This document shows, piece by piece, positions 16,912-26,470 of a DNA stretch of 64,000 bases (position 1 is its first letter; every line of letters starts with the position of its first letter). The notes below the pieces were generated by a model. That model saw nothing but the letters and a program-made list of their open reading frames with translations, ran no database searches and was not told the DNA's origin. Made by a program: the position numbers and the translations under genes. Origin of the DNA: Nanobdellota archaeon (GTDB lineage Archaea > Nanobdellota > Nanobdellia > Pacearchaeales > GW2011-AR1); assembly GCA_038045825.1 (NCBI GenBank), contig JBBSXJ010000003.1, positions 148 through 64,147 of the forward strand, written 5' to 3'.

Positions 16912-17510
16912 ATCCCCCTCCTATCTAATTCGTTGTTGACAATTGCAACTGTATGCGATGCAAAGTATTCTTTGTTTCCTATTGATACTGGAGTTGCTAA
17001 CTTCTTTAGGCGTTTATACTCCTTATCTGGCAATCCCCTATGATCTCCTAAAATGAAAACAGGATTATCATTTATTTTTGATTCCCTAATATCTTCTCCA
17101 TCTGGGTCTAGAACGAATATTTGTTTGCCTTCGTCTATAAGTTCATTTACAACTTCCATGAAATTTTTCTTTTCTATCCAGTAACCTGGAAATACTTCAT
17201 TTTTCATTCCTTGTTTATATTTGTAAAGCATCTTTTTGAGAGTGTCTTGAACATTCTTCTTACTCAAATATATTTTATCGACTCCTGTAATTCCTTCCAT
17301 TACTGGTTTTAACTCAAGATGTTTTACAGGATCAGGTGGTCCTGCAAATATTAAGTGGAGTTTGACATCTGTCCTCATTTTATGACTTAGGAAAAAAGCA
17401 GCTATTACTGAATGAATTGCTATATCTAATCGGCCAGATTTCATTAAGTCTTCTTTAATTGCATGTCCTGCTGTAGGAGCTGTCCTTGAATAGTAAATGA
17501 ATTCTCTCAT
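16908..17510 (-). CDS. trmY: tRNA (pseudouridine-54 N1)-methyltransferase, SPOUT family
   Basis: SGRLDI, FFLSHKMR, FILGDHRGL and VSIGNKEYFASH motifs. Confidence 0.88.
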   Translation of the reverse strand: MREFIYYSRTAPTAGHAIKEDLMKSGRLDIAIHSVIAAFFLSHKMRTDVKLHLIFAGPPDPVKHLELKPVMEGITGVDKIYLSKKNVQDTLKKMLYKYKQGMKNEVFPGYWIEKKNFMEVVNELIDEGKQIFVLDPDGEDIRESKINDNPVFILGDHRGLPDKEYKRLKKLATPVSIGNKEYFASHTVAIVNNELDRRGI

Positions 17511-17598
17511 GATAAATTAATGAAATTACGTGTTTTATAGTTTATCCTTCAGTTTAGAATGAGATATACTTTTAAAAAAGTCATTCTTACTTTAGTTT

Positions 17599-18186
17599 AT
17601 GGATGTTCAAGCAATTATCACTTCGTTGATTTATGACATCCCTGTAATTACTACATTTTTAGCAACCCTTATTTTTGGAGAAGAAGTTGTTATTATATTG
17701 GGCTTTATTTCGGGACTTGGTTTACTGCCATTATGGATATTGTTTGTCTTTGGTTTTATTGGAACACTATTATCTGATTTATTATGGTTTGTAGTTGGAA
17801 AGACTTTATTTAGGGAAAGAAAAAATCACTGGGCAATCCATACCCATTATCATAAATTTATGAGGCATGTCGATAGAATGGCAGCTAATAACATGTTCTT
17901 TGCTCTTTTTATAACAAGATTCTTTTATTTCTTTAGGCTTTTCGCTATAGTTCACCTTAGCAGACTTGGAATGCCATACCGAAGGTTCTTATTGTATGAG
18001 ATTCCAATTATTGGAGTTTGGCTTGTAATTTTTGTAGCTATTGGTTGGTTCTTTGGAAGTGCAGCTGTACAATATCTGGATGTTTTTGGAGGCCTACAGA
18101 AAATAATTGCTTCAATAGTTATTATTTTAGTTATGTCTTTGTTAATTAAATCACTCATCCGCAAAGTGTGGGAAAAAAACAATTAA
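17599..18186 (+). CDS. DedA/VTT family membrane protein
   Basis: FGEEVVI...GTLLSDLLWFVVG...FITRF pattern. Confidence 0.8.
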   Translation: MDVQAIITSLIYDIPVITTFLATLIFGEEVVIILGFISGLGLLPLWILFVFGFIGTLLSDLLWFVVGKTLFRERKNHWAIHTHYHKFMRHVDRMAANNMFFALFITRFFYFFRLFAIVHLSRLGMPYRRFLLYEIPIIGVWLVIFVAIGWFFGSAAVQYLDVFGGLQKIIASIVIILVMSLLIKSLIRKVWEKNN

Positions 18187-18228
18187 GTCCGCTTTTGTAG
18201 AAATTAAAAAATAAATAATTTGTTTATT

Positions 18229-19071
18229 TTAATTAAGTACAAACTCAGGTTTGGCCATTAAGTCTTTGGAATTTATGAATTCGTATACTCCTATGAACTT
18301 TTCATCTGAATAAACCACTACTTTTTCTCCTTTCTGTATTTTTTCACTTACTGGCTCTGATAAAAATGATTTAAATATTGGGGAACCAGTATATAATTTT
18401 TTTATAACATCTTTTCTTATTTTTATTGTAAGAAACATTTGATTTAATATTTCTCCTGAAATCAATACTTTTCTCAATGGTTCTTCATTACCTTTTTTGT
18501 ATTCTTTTATTATCTTATCAAATTCATACATTGTTATTGCAGTGCTTTCATCAAAGATGCCCGCTTTTGTTCTTCTTAGTTCAAGCATATGTGCACCACC
18601 TATTTTTTCTCCTAAATCACTGCAGAGTTTTCTAATGTATGTGCCTGCCTGAACTTGAGCCACAAATAAAAAATCTTTCTCTTTTTGCTCTAATATTTCA
18701 AATTTTTTTACTTCTCTTTCTCTGACTGCACGTTTTACACTTGATCTTACTGGGGGGAGTTGGTTTATTTTACCTATAAATTTTTCTGCTTCTTTTTGCA
18801 GGTCTTCTTTAGATATTTCTCTATGGACTCTGATTATGCCAACATAAGTTTTATCTTTGTTCATCAAATAAGGATTTAATCTGCAAGCCCTGTTTAATGC
18901 TACTGGTAAAACTCCTGAAACTTGCGGATCTAATGTTCCTAAATGGGAAGTTTTACTTAGTTTTAAAGATTTTTTTATATATTGAGAAACTGTGAAACTT
19001 GTAGGACCACTTGGTTTGTCTATGTTTATTATTCCAAACTGCAGTAATTCCTTGATTGACTTTTGATTCAT
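18229..19071 (-). CDS. truB: RNA pseudouridine synthase TruB/Cbf5
   Basis: IDKPSGPTS, HLGTLDP (catalytic Asp), GTYIRKL; PUA-like C-terminus. Confidence 0.92.
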   Translation of the reverse strand: MNQKSIKELLQFGIINIDKPSGPTSFTVSQYIKKSLKLSKTSHLGTLDPQVSGVLPVALNRACRLNPYLMNKDKTYVGIIRVHREISKEDLQKEAEKFIGKINQLPPVRSSVKRAVREREVKKFEILEQKEKDFLFVAQVQAGTYIRKLCSDLGEKIGGAHMLELRRTKAGIFDESTAITMYEFDKIIKEYKKGNEEPLRKVLISGEILNQMFLTIKIRKDVIKKLYTGSPIFKSFLSEPVSEKIQKGEKVVVYSDEKFIGVYEFINSKDLMAKPEFVLN

Positions 19072-19189
19072 GTTGTTGTAAAATTACTGCTGGTTTTAAG
19101 CCTTAAGGTTCTAACTGTTTTGAAGTTATCACAAGGGTATTAAATACCCTATTCTAATGTTTTTCATGAATAAAATGAAAGGAGGTATT

Positions 19190-20257
19190 ATGAAAAACAC
19201 AAATATAGTACTAACAGTTTTCCTTATAGCTACACTTTTAGTTTCTGCAATTGCAGGAGCAGTAGAAGTAGGAGATATAATTAGTGCGGATCCTAATGTT
19301 ATAAGTGCTGCATCAGTTGCTGCCTCAATAAGCGCTGTTGATGCCGTAGAAACAGAAATTGAAGTTGAAAATGAAGTTGAATTTAAGACTACAACAAAAA
19401 ATACAGTTTCTAAAGGACAAGGATGGATAGTAACTGAAAGCAAAGGTGCTTTAGCGGAAATCCTCTTTGTAAGCAAGGAAGGAACAACAGCTGATGGAAC
19501 TGCAACTAGTATTTCTAAAGGATGGTTTAGAGCTGGAAATATAAATCTTAAGCTTGAATCAACTGCAAATACTGAAACTACAAAGACTTTCCAAGTAACT
19601 GGAGGAGACGGTTCTGTAAAAGGAACATTGACTCTTACAAAAGGTCAGACTTACCAGACAGGTTTTGCTGTATGGAATGGGGATCTTGATATAATGGTTG
19701 GAGATAAACCGTTTGATGCAAAGGTTACTTTAGCAATTGAAGAGAAGAATAATAGAAAAGATCCTAATAGTGGTCGCGGAGGCTCTGGAAGTTCAACAGC
19801 TTCTGGAACATTAGTTCTTGGAGGCGAAAGCTTTACTCTTGAAGGAAAGACAAGTAGTGCCAAGAAACTCGAATTTAGAGTTATTGGATCAGATGGCGCT
19901 GTTGGAGAGTTAAATCTAGAAAGCAGAGATTCTGTAAATTATGCTGGGAAAATAGAAATTGAAGGAAAAGCCGGAAATGAAATCAAAGGAAAGGCAACTG
20001 CTCAATTGAAACGTGAAGTAAATACTTTATACGGACCTATAAAGATTGAGTTAGATGGTTCCTCTGCTGCAGACTTGGCTTTTATGGATGGAACTATCAA
20101 GATAGCATTAAGTGAAAAAGTTGCATCTGATAGCCCAGGAGAAAAAGACAAAGATGTTAACTCTGACTTAAGAAATGATGAGGATACAAGAGGAAGCAAT
20201 TCTGATTCTTCAGATAGAGGATTCTGGAAAAGATTCTTCAGCTTTTTCGGCAACTAA
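19190..20257 (+). CDS. Secreted beta-rich hypothetical protein
   Basis: GGAGGT SD at 19181-19186; signal peptide MKNTNIVLTVFLIATLLVSAIAGA. Confidence 0.75.
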   Translation: MKNTNIVLTVFLIATLLVSAIAGAVEVGDIISADPNVISAASVAASISAVDAVETEIEVENEVEFKTTTKNTVSKGQGWIVTESKGALAEILFVSKEGTTADGTATSISKGWFRAGNINLKLESTANTETTKTFQVTGGDGSVKGTLTLTKGQTYQTGFAVWNGDLDIMVGDKPFDAKVTLAIEEKNNRKDPNSGRGGSGSSTASGTLVLGGESFTLEGKTSSAKKLEFRVIGSDGAVGELNLESRDSVNYAGKIEIEGKAGNEIKGKATAQLKREVNTLYGPIKIELDGSSAADLAFMDGTIKIALSEKVASDSPGEKDKDVNSDLRNDEDTRGSNSDSSDRGFWKRFFSFFGN

Positions 20258-20295
20258 TCTTTATTTTTTTTATTTTTTATTTTTAGATTTTTTGG
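20258..20295 (+). terminator. T-rich archaeal terminator
   Basis: Successive oligo-T tracts after the stop codon. Confidence 0.5.
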
Positions 20296-20339
20296 AAGAG
20301 GTTAGAACTGCACTAATTTAGATTTTATCCCAGAGAACA

Positions 20340-20447
20340 TCAATTATATCTTTTTTGACTTTTTCCTTTTTTTGCTTTGAGCCAAGCATTATGGAGGTTT
20401 TCTAAAGAAAAAATAGAACTGTATAGATTGTTGTAAGTTATACTCAT
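20340..20447 (-). pseudogene. 5' stub of DGR reverse transcriptase (35 codons)
   Basis: MSITYNNLYSSIFSLENLHNAWLKAKKGKSQKRYN* matches the typical DGR-RT N-terminus (TYxNLYxxIxSxENLxxAxxKAxKGK); starts 23 nt after the TR. Confidence 0.75.
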
Positions 20448-20469
20448 TTTGAGTCTTGGTTGCCAAAGC

Positions 20470-20563
20470 TATTCCAAAAGAGTATCTGTTGTCGTTGAAC
20501 TCGTTCCAGTTGTTGCCGTTAAGGTTCAATCTGTCATCGTTCTCGTTCAAATCAGGAACTCTT
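20470..20563 (-). repeat. DGR template repeat (TR)
   Basis: 94 bp, 9 AAC codons; 71/94 identical to the VR, with 17 of 23 mismatches at TR adenines (hand alignment). Confidence 0.9.
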
Positions 20564-20778
20564 CATTAGCCACTTACTTGAAATTAAACCACCACAATTT
20601 CAGGTTTCGCTTTTTGCGCAATTGCTACTTGCTGTTATTGTTGAATATTATTGGCAAGTGACGTGTAGCCTCGGCAAGTGCTTTTAGCACTCCAAGACAG
20701 AATAATTAGAATTTATTGATTAAAAATGTTTCTTAAAAAAGTTCGCTATTTGTCTAAAAAGTTTTTTTGCGCGCGTTC

Positions 20779-20790
20779 GCACTGATGTGC
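20779..20790 (-). promoter_or_regulatory. Hairpin just downstream of the VR (candidate DGR cis element)
   Basis: GCAC-ATCA-GTGC a few nt after the target stop codon, followed by a GC-rich GAACGCGCGC. Confidence 0.45.
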
Positions 20791-20793
20791 TCA

Positions 20794-21474
20794 CTACTGA
20801 CGTACCCCAAAAGAGTGCCCGTTGACGTCCAAGTCGAACCAGTCGTAGCCGTTGAGGCCCAAACTGCTGACGTACTCGCTCAAATCAGGAACTCTTATTT
20901 GATTGTCTGTTCCCTTGCCTAAAGCCCAAATGTATCCCCTCTTACCTATTTGACCTTGAATTTGAGCTAGTTTCTTTCCTGCTTCTATGTCTCCAGTTAA
21001 AGCAATTGTAAAAGGATTTGCTTCAATTTGCTTTGCATCTTGCCAACCTGTTTCAAAACTATAAGGCAATGCTCTTATTGTTTCATCATTACTGAATCTT
21101 ACGCCATTTTTTGCATTTTTGCTTAATTTTGAGGTTAAACTCTTTTCATCCATTACTATTCTTCCATTTTCAACTTGAGGCATGTCTTGAACAATAACCA
21201 TATTTGGAACGTAAAGAATAGCTGTATTTCCAGATAAGTAGAATTTTCTTGAAGCTTGAACAACTTTATCTGCTCCTGTAATGCCTTGATTAAAATATGA
21301 TTGATGGGCTAAGTCTAGAACTTCTCTAAGGGTTGCTTGTCTAAAACCTTGTCCATAGTCTGCTTGTTTTAATTTATGAAAACTACCTGGACCAACTGGT
21401 GAATCTGCATACACTCTTCCAGCTGTTTCTATAGTTCCACCTGGAGGATTGTGCTTGAAGATTGATTTTTCCAT
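20794..21474 (-). CDS. DGR target (variable) protein, probable CLec-like fold
   Basis: C-terminal RVPDLSEYVSSLGLNGYDWFDLDVNGHSFGV is encoded by the VR. Confidence 0.85.
   Translation of the reverse strand: MEKSIFKHNPPGGTIETAGRVYADSPVGPGSFHKLKQADYGQGFRQATLREVLDLAHQSYFNQGITGADKVVQASRKFYLSGNTAILYVPNMVIVQDMPQVENGRIVMDEKSLTSKLSKNAKNGVRFSNDETIRALPYSFETGWQDAKQIEANPFTIALTGDIEAGKKLAQIQGQIGKRGYIWALGKGTDNQIRVPDLSEYVSSLGLNGYDWFDLDVNGHSFGVRQ
20803..20896 (-). repeat. DGR variable repeat (VR)
   Basis: Gap-free match to TR 20470-20563 at the 3' end of the target gene; locally GC-rich. Confidence 0.9.
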
Positions 21475-21606
21475 GATTTTTATACTAATAATGGGTTTTT
21501 AAGCTTTTCTATTGTAGTAACTAAGTAATAGTGAATATATCTATTAGACTGAAAATTCTTTAAATTTTATGGAATATATTAAAAAGATGAGAGGTGTTTG
21601 ATTTTT

Positions 21607-22038
21607 ATGTCAAATAAAGCAAAGGGCTCTCGTGCTGAACGCGAACTGCTTGATATCTTTACTGAAAATAGTTGGAAATGTGCTCGTGTTGCTGGATCTG
21701 GGACTAATGATAACACTTTTTGTGATCTAATTGCTGGAAAGAAAGGCAGAAAAGCTTATACAATTGAGGCAAAATCTTCTAAAAGCCCTCGAATATACAT
21801 TACTAAAAAACAAATTGAGGAATTTATCACATTCTCTGAAGTTATGGGTTTGACCCCTGTTGTTGCAGTACGTTTCAATAGAGAAGGATGGTTATTTATC
21901 AATCCATTTGATCCTGATCAGCTTGAAGATTCCGGAGTGAATTGGGTTGTTAATTTAAAAAATGCAAAAGAGAAGGGTAAGAAATTTGGACAGTTTTTTG
22001 AGACTCAATCTGAGGATATTATTTCAGATTCTTACTAA
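21607..22038 (+). CDS. hjc: Archaeal Holliday junction resolvase
   Basis: KGSRAERELL...RVAGSG...DLIAG...IEAKS. Confidence 0.92.
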   Translation: MSNKAKGSRAERELLDIFTENSWKCARVAGSGTNDNTFCDLIAGKKGRKAYTIEAKSSKSPRIYITKKQIEEFITFSEVMGLTPVVAVRFNREGWLFINPFDPDQLEDSGVNWVVNLKNAKEKGKKFGQFFETQSEDIISDSY

Positions 22039-22969
22039 TATACTCATAAGCTGAGAATGCTGCCGTGCAACCTTCTGCAACACCTGTAATTAATTGTTTG
22101 AATGGTTTGTCTGCGACATCTCCTGCTGCAAATACCCCTTCTACATTTGTTTCAGATGTTTTATGGTTGATTTCTATTTCGCCTTTTTGATTTGTTTTAA
22201 CTCCTAGAGTTTTTGCTAGGTCTGATAATATTATGTGACCTATTGCTACAAATACTCCTTGAAGTTCTAGCTCTTTACTTCCTTTGTAAGGTTTGTCTAG
22301 AATAACTTTTTCTACTACCTTATCTCCTTTTATTTCTATAATGTTTGTGTTGTTAATGATTTCTATCTTTTTGTTTTTCATAATTCTTTCGTAGTTTATT
22401 GGTTCTGGTCTTATTTTCTCCCCTCTATAAATTATGTAAACTTTCTTTGCATGTTCAGCGAGGACCATTGCGTCTTTTGCAGCACTGTCGCTTCCGCCAA
22501 CAACACATACCACCTTATTTTTAAATAATACAGCATCACATAAAGCACAAAATGCTAAACCACGATTTTCAAATTCTTTTGCACCTGGTACATCAAGTTT
22601 TTTCCACTTTGTTCCTGTTGCAAAAAGAATTGTTTTTCCTTTGTAATTATTTTCTGATGTTTTTACATTGAATATATTGCCTTCTTTCTTTACTGATTCT
22701 ACTTTTTCTTCTTTTAATGTAACTTCTGGATAAGACTGTGCATGTTCTCTAATTTTATCCGCTATTTCTGTTCCTGTTAGTCTTATGAATCCAGGGTAGT
22801 TTTCAACGACATTAGTTGTCGTGATTACTCCTCCAAGTGGAAGTTCTGTTCCGTGAGATGCCCCAAGACAAAGAGTTTTCAAGCCTAAACGCGCTCCGTA
22901 CATTGCAGCTGACATTCCTGCGCCTCCTGCACCAACTATAATAAAATCATAATCACTATTTTTAGCCAT
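22019..22969 (-). CDS. trxB: Thioredoxin reductase
   Basis: GAGGAG, CALCD redox motif, GGSDSA, GVFAAGD. Confidence 0.93.
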   Translation of the reverse strand: MAKNSDYDFIIVGAGGAGMSAAMYGARLGLKTLCLGASHGTELPLGGVITTTNVVENYPGFIRLTGTEIADKIREHAQSYPEVTLKEEKVESVKKEGNIFNVKTSENNYKGKTILFATGTKWKKLDVPGAKEFENRGLAFCALCDAVLFKNKVVCVVGGSDSAAKDAMVLAEHAKKVYIIYRGEKIRPEPINYERIMKNKKIEIINNTNIIEIKGDKVVEKVILDKPYKGSKELELQGVFVAIGHIILSDLAKTLGVKTNQKGEIEINHKTSETNVEGVFAAGDVADKPFKQLITGVAEGCTAAFSAYEYISKNLK

Positions 22970-23053
22970 TATTTATTTTGAACTTTAAGGATTATATAAA
23001 TTATAGGTTTGCTTCTGGTAAAATTATATAAGGTCTGTTTATTTTTAATTTAA

Positions 23054-23494
23054 ATGAATAAATGGATGATTTTATTGATTATTGCCTTATTCGTTGGATT
23101 AACTGTTTTCTTTTTGAATAAAGAAGATGGTGTTAACAAAGTCTGTTTTGATGAAGATTGCTTTGTTGTTGAAGTTGTAGATGATGACGAAAAAAGACAA
23201 AAAGGACTTATGTTTAGGGAAGAGCTTGATGAAAATGCTGGAATGTTGTTTATTTTTGAAAATGAGGGAAATTATCCATTTTGGATGAAGAATACTCTGA
23301 TTCCTCTTGATATGCTATGGATTGATTCTTCTGGAAAAATTGTAGATATAAAGGAAGCTGATCCTTGTGAGTCTGATCCTTGTGATGTAATTTATCATTC
23401 TGGCTCTGCTAAATATGTTTTAGAGATAAACAAGGGGTTGAGTGCTGCCCTTGGAATAGAAATAGGAGAAATTGCAGAATCTAAATTGATATGA
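23054..23494 (+). CDS. DUF192 family protein
   Basis: RQKGLMFRE...GMLFIF...FWMKNTLIPLD...YVLEIN. Confidence 0.9.
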   Translation: MNKWMILLIIALFVGLTVFFLNKEDGVNKVCFDEDCFVVEVVDDDEKRQKGLMFREELDENAGMLFIFENEGNYPFWMKNTLIPLDMLWIDSSGKIVDIKEADPCESDPCDVIYHSGSAKYVLEINKGLSAALGIEIGEIAESKLI

Positions 23495-24216
23495 ATAAGA
23501 AAGCTTCGTTTCTACTTGCAAGTATGATAACTCTAATTATTGCAGGAAATTATATTTTCTTTGCTGATGATGGGATTGTTAGAGAGAAAGTTGAGATTGT
23601 TCGTGTTTTAGATGGAGATACTGTTGAACTTGCTGATGGGAGAAAAGTAAGGCTTCTCAACATTAATACTCCTGAAAAAGGATTGTCTTATTCTACACTT
23701 GGAAAAGAGTACTTATCAGGATTCACTGAAGTTGAACTTGAAACTAAAGGACTTGATAAATATACAAGAACTCTTGGAAGGCTTTATTCTGGGGATTTAT
23801 ACTTGAATCTTGAAATTGTAAAACAAGGATTTGCTCATACATATTTAGTTGATGAAAGTGAAGAGAGATTGTTTAATAACGTTGAGGAATATGCTAGAGA
23901 AAATCAGCTTAATATCTGGGAAAGGTCTGAATTCTATGGTTGTTTGGATGTGGAAATAAATAAATACGATGAATACTTGTTAATAGAAGACTCATGTGGT
24001 GTCAATCTAGTTGGTTGGAGTGTAAAGGATGAAAGCACTAAGAGCTATGAATTTGAGAAAGATTTCGGAGAATTATTCAAATTGTATTCTTGGAAAGGAT
24101 CTGATGACTCTGAAAACATATATTGGGGAAGGGAAAATATATGGAATGATGATCACGATGAGATTTTCATTCGCGATAATAATGGTTTTCTTGCTTACTA
24201 TTATTCTTATGGATAA
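23491..24216 (+). CDS. Membrane-anchored thermonuclease (SNase) with lamin-tail-like C-terminal domain
   Basis: RVLDGDT, VRLLNINTPE, DKYTRTLGRLY; C-terminal IWNDDHDEIFIRD. Confidence 0.88.
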   Translation: MNKKASFLLASMITLIIAGNYIFFADDGIVREKVEIVRVLDGDTVELADGRKVRLLNINTPEKGLSYSTLGKEYLSGFTEVELETKGLDKYTRTLGRLYSGDLYLNLEIVKQGFAHTYLVDESEERLFNNVEEYARENQLNIWERSEFYGCLDVEINKYDEYLLIEDSCGVNLVGWSVKDESTKSYEFEKDFGELFKLYSWKGSDDSENIYWGRENIWNDDHDEIFIRDNNGFLAYYYSYG

Positions 24217-24844
24217 TTCTTCAGCTCTGCGGCTTAATGAAATTGAGGCTAACCCTGAAGGCACTGATTCTGGAAATGAGTGGATAGAGCTTTATTCGCA
24301 AGAGTCTGTTTCTCTTGATGGACACTTTTTGGAAAATGGAGATGGGGGAATTTACAACTTAAGTGGAAGCTTTAGCGGATATTTTGTTGTAACTTTTCCT
24401 GGACAGTGGATTGACAATACGAATGAAACAATATATCTAAAGTCTAGTGGAAATATAATTGATGAGATTGATCAATTTGCAGATAATAAAGTTGAAAAGA
24501 CATATAGCTTCTGCGATGACGAATGGGAATTTATCTCAGAAACTAAAAATGGTGAAAACTCATGTGCAAATAATGAAGAACCTCAAACAAACAATAATGA
24601 GAGTGGACAAACTGAAATCGAAGAACCAGCTGTAGCTGAAAACAAAACTAAAATAAATAAAATTGCCATTGTTCCTTCTACTGAAAAAATTATTCAGCAG
24701 ACTAAAATATCATTAAATAAAAATAATAATAATAAACCAACTGCTGAAATTACTAAAACATACAAGACTAGAATGAATGTGATATATTTCTTTATGGGTT
24801 TCTGTGTATTGCTAGTAGTACTTATTTCTTTAAGAAAGCTTTAA
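24158..24844 (+). CDS. Lamin-tail-domain surface protein
   Basis: LNEIEANPEGTDSGNEWIELY; signal peptide and C-terminal TM; ATG 24158 preferred. Confidence 0.75.
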   Translation: MRFSFAIIMVFLLTIILMDNSSALRLNEIEANPEGTDSGNEWIELYSQESVSLDGHFLENGDGGIYNLSGSFSGYFVVTFPGQWIDNTNETIYLKSSGNIIDEIDQFADNKVEKTYSFCDDEWEFISETKNGENSCANNEEPQTNNNESGQTEIEEPAVAENKTKINKIAIVPSTEKIIQQTKISLNKNNNNKPTAEITKTYKTRMNVIYFFMGFCVLLVVLISLRKL

Positions 24845-25272
24845 CATTGAGATATTACTAAAGTTTCTGGAAGACATTTATTTATAGAGGTGGCTATACT
24901 ATCTTGTAAGTTTACAACTTCTTGAGTATTAAGATAAACCTTTTTTCTGCCTTGTTCATCTATTATATTGCATGATCCACATGTCTGTCCGCAAGAGAAT
25001 GATTCTCCAATATAATTAATGTCTAAGTAAGATATTTTTTCTTCAATGCCTACATCTATGCTAAGTTCTACTTTTCCATCAGAGTTGACACATGCACTTA
25101 TTGCTTTTGATTTTTGAGATATACAGTCAACAGCAGGAGAAAGTTGATTTTCTAGACTATTTGAAAGGTCGCTTACATATCCCCATACTAATGAAATTGC
25201 CATTACACTCAAAGCCATTAGTAGAGTTACTTGAATTATTGAAGACATTCCTTTTTTGCTTAAATTGTACAT
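24841..25272 (-). CDS. Pilin-like protein
   Basis: KKG/MSSIIQVTLLMALSV class III signal. Confidence 0.7.
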   Translation of the reverse strand: MYNLSKKGMSSIIQVTLLMALSVMAISLVWGYVSDLSNSLENQLSPAVDCISQKSKAISACVNSDGKVELSIDVGIEEKISYLDINYIGESFSCGQTCGSCNIIDEQGRKKVYLNTQEVVNLQDSIATSINKCLPETLVISQC

Positions 25273-26345
25273 GCTGTTGCTCCTGCTTCTGCTGTATTTA
25301 TTGAACTTATTATTTGTCCATCAAAAGTTATATCAACTATTGGATTATTTTCATTCTTTTCTAAATATATTCTTAAAGGAACTTCTGCATTAACAAATGT
25401 TTCTCCATTTAATGTTTCGTCTGAAGAGATGTCTTGAGAATCTGTAAACAATAGATTAATATTACAAATATTTCCAAAGCAAAGAGGTCCTGCAAGACCC
25501 TTGTCTGGAATACATATATCTTGAAGGACATTATCTGTTACGACATTGAATCCATCTTCTAATTGGTATATATCAACGCCTAGAGCTTTTTTATTACAAG
25601 ATGAATCTAGAATTTGATTACCTGTTATAATAGATAAGTCTCTTGGTTTATTTTTATCTAGTATCTCTGATATCAATTTAGTGTTGTATATTCCGTAATT
25701 GTCTGTTACCAATGACCTCATTACACCAAGAGGGATTGAACGATAATGTGTTGCCGTAGAGCATTCTTGCTGACATGAGTCTATTTCTCCATCAAACTTA
25801 TCGCATGAAGAGACACAATTCTTTGAACCTTGAGGTATTTTTGCTCCGAGATATTCTTCTGCTAAATTGAATATATGACCTAGCTCGTGAATGAGTACGG
25901 AGTCTTCGTGAGCTTTATTTAGACTAACTATCTTTCCATATGCTGAGCTTCTTATCTGCTTTGAGTCTTCTTTTACTACAATCACATAATCATGTTCACA
26001 ATTCTTTGCTAAGTCTAGCACTTGATTATTATAACATAATATTGCTATATCTTTGTAATAATTGCATTCTACTTCTTCTTCCAGAACATTTACATTAAAA
26101 TAATTTCTATATGTTTTGTAAGGTTCTACTGTAAATAAATATTCTGTGTAGTATCTTGCATCTTCTTCAGAAGAAATAAACAACAAGTCAATTCTATCTT
26201 GTCCATTATATTCTATGTTTTTGCATTGTTCATTAATTTTTTCTGTTGGGGCCAGCGATGATTCTTGTTGAATATTAAGATAACTAAATACCAATATTAC
26301 TGCTAAAATTGGAATTGATGTAAATAAAAATGCTTTTGATTCCAT
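25260..26345 (-). CDS. Membrane-anchored zinc metallopeptidase (M64-like)
   Basis: IHELGHIFNLAEEY zinc motif; FLFTVEPYKTYRNYFNV region. Confidence 0.8.
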   Translation of the reverse strand: MESKAFLFTSIPILAVILVFSYLNIQQESSLAPTEKINEQCKNIEYNGQDRIDLLFISSEEDARYYTEYLFTVEPYKTYRNYFNVNVLEEEVECNYYKDIAILCYNNQVLDLAKNCEHDYVIVVKEDSKQIRSSAYGKIVSLNKAHEDSVLIHELGHIFNLAEEYLGAKIPQGSKNCVSSCDKFDGEIDSCQQECSTATHYRSIPLGVMRSLVTDNYGIYNTKLISEILDKNKPRDLSIITGNQILDSSCNKKALGVDIYQLEDGFNVVTDNVLQDICIPDKGLAGPLCFGNICNINLLFTDSQDISSDETLNGETFVNAEVPLRIYLEKNENNPIVDITFDGQIISSINTAEAGATACTI

Positions 26346-26470
26346 ATCTTGGTTAGAATATGTGTGCTTAAATAAATTGCTTATATTCGTTAGCTCATGA
26401 TATATGTCTTGATCTTACACATAGCCTTCTAGGAGTATATATTTATAAATTAAAGATTATCCTTTATTAT

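Noticed and set aside
20449-20661. 70-aa plus-strand ORF from the track
   Set aside because: It is the antisense of the DGR TR and its leader, with no coding signal.
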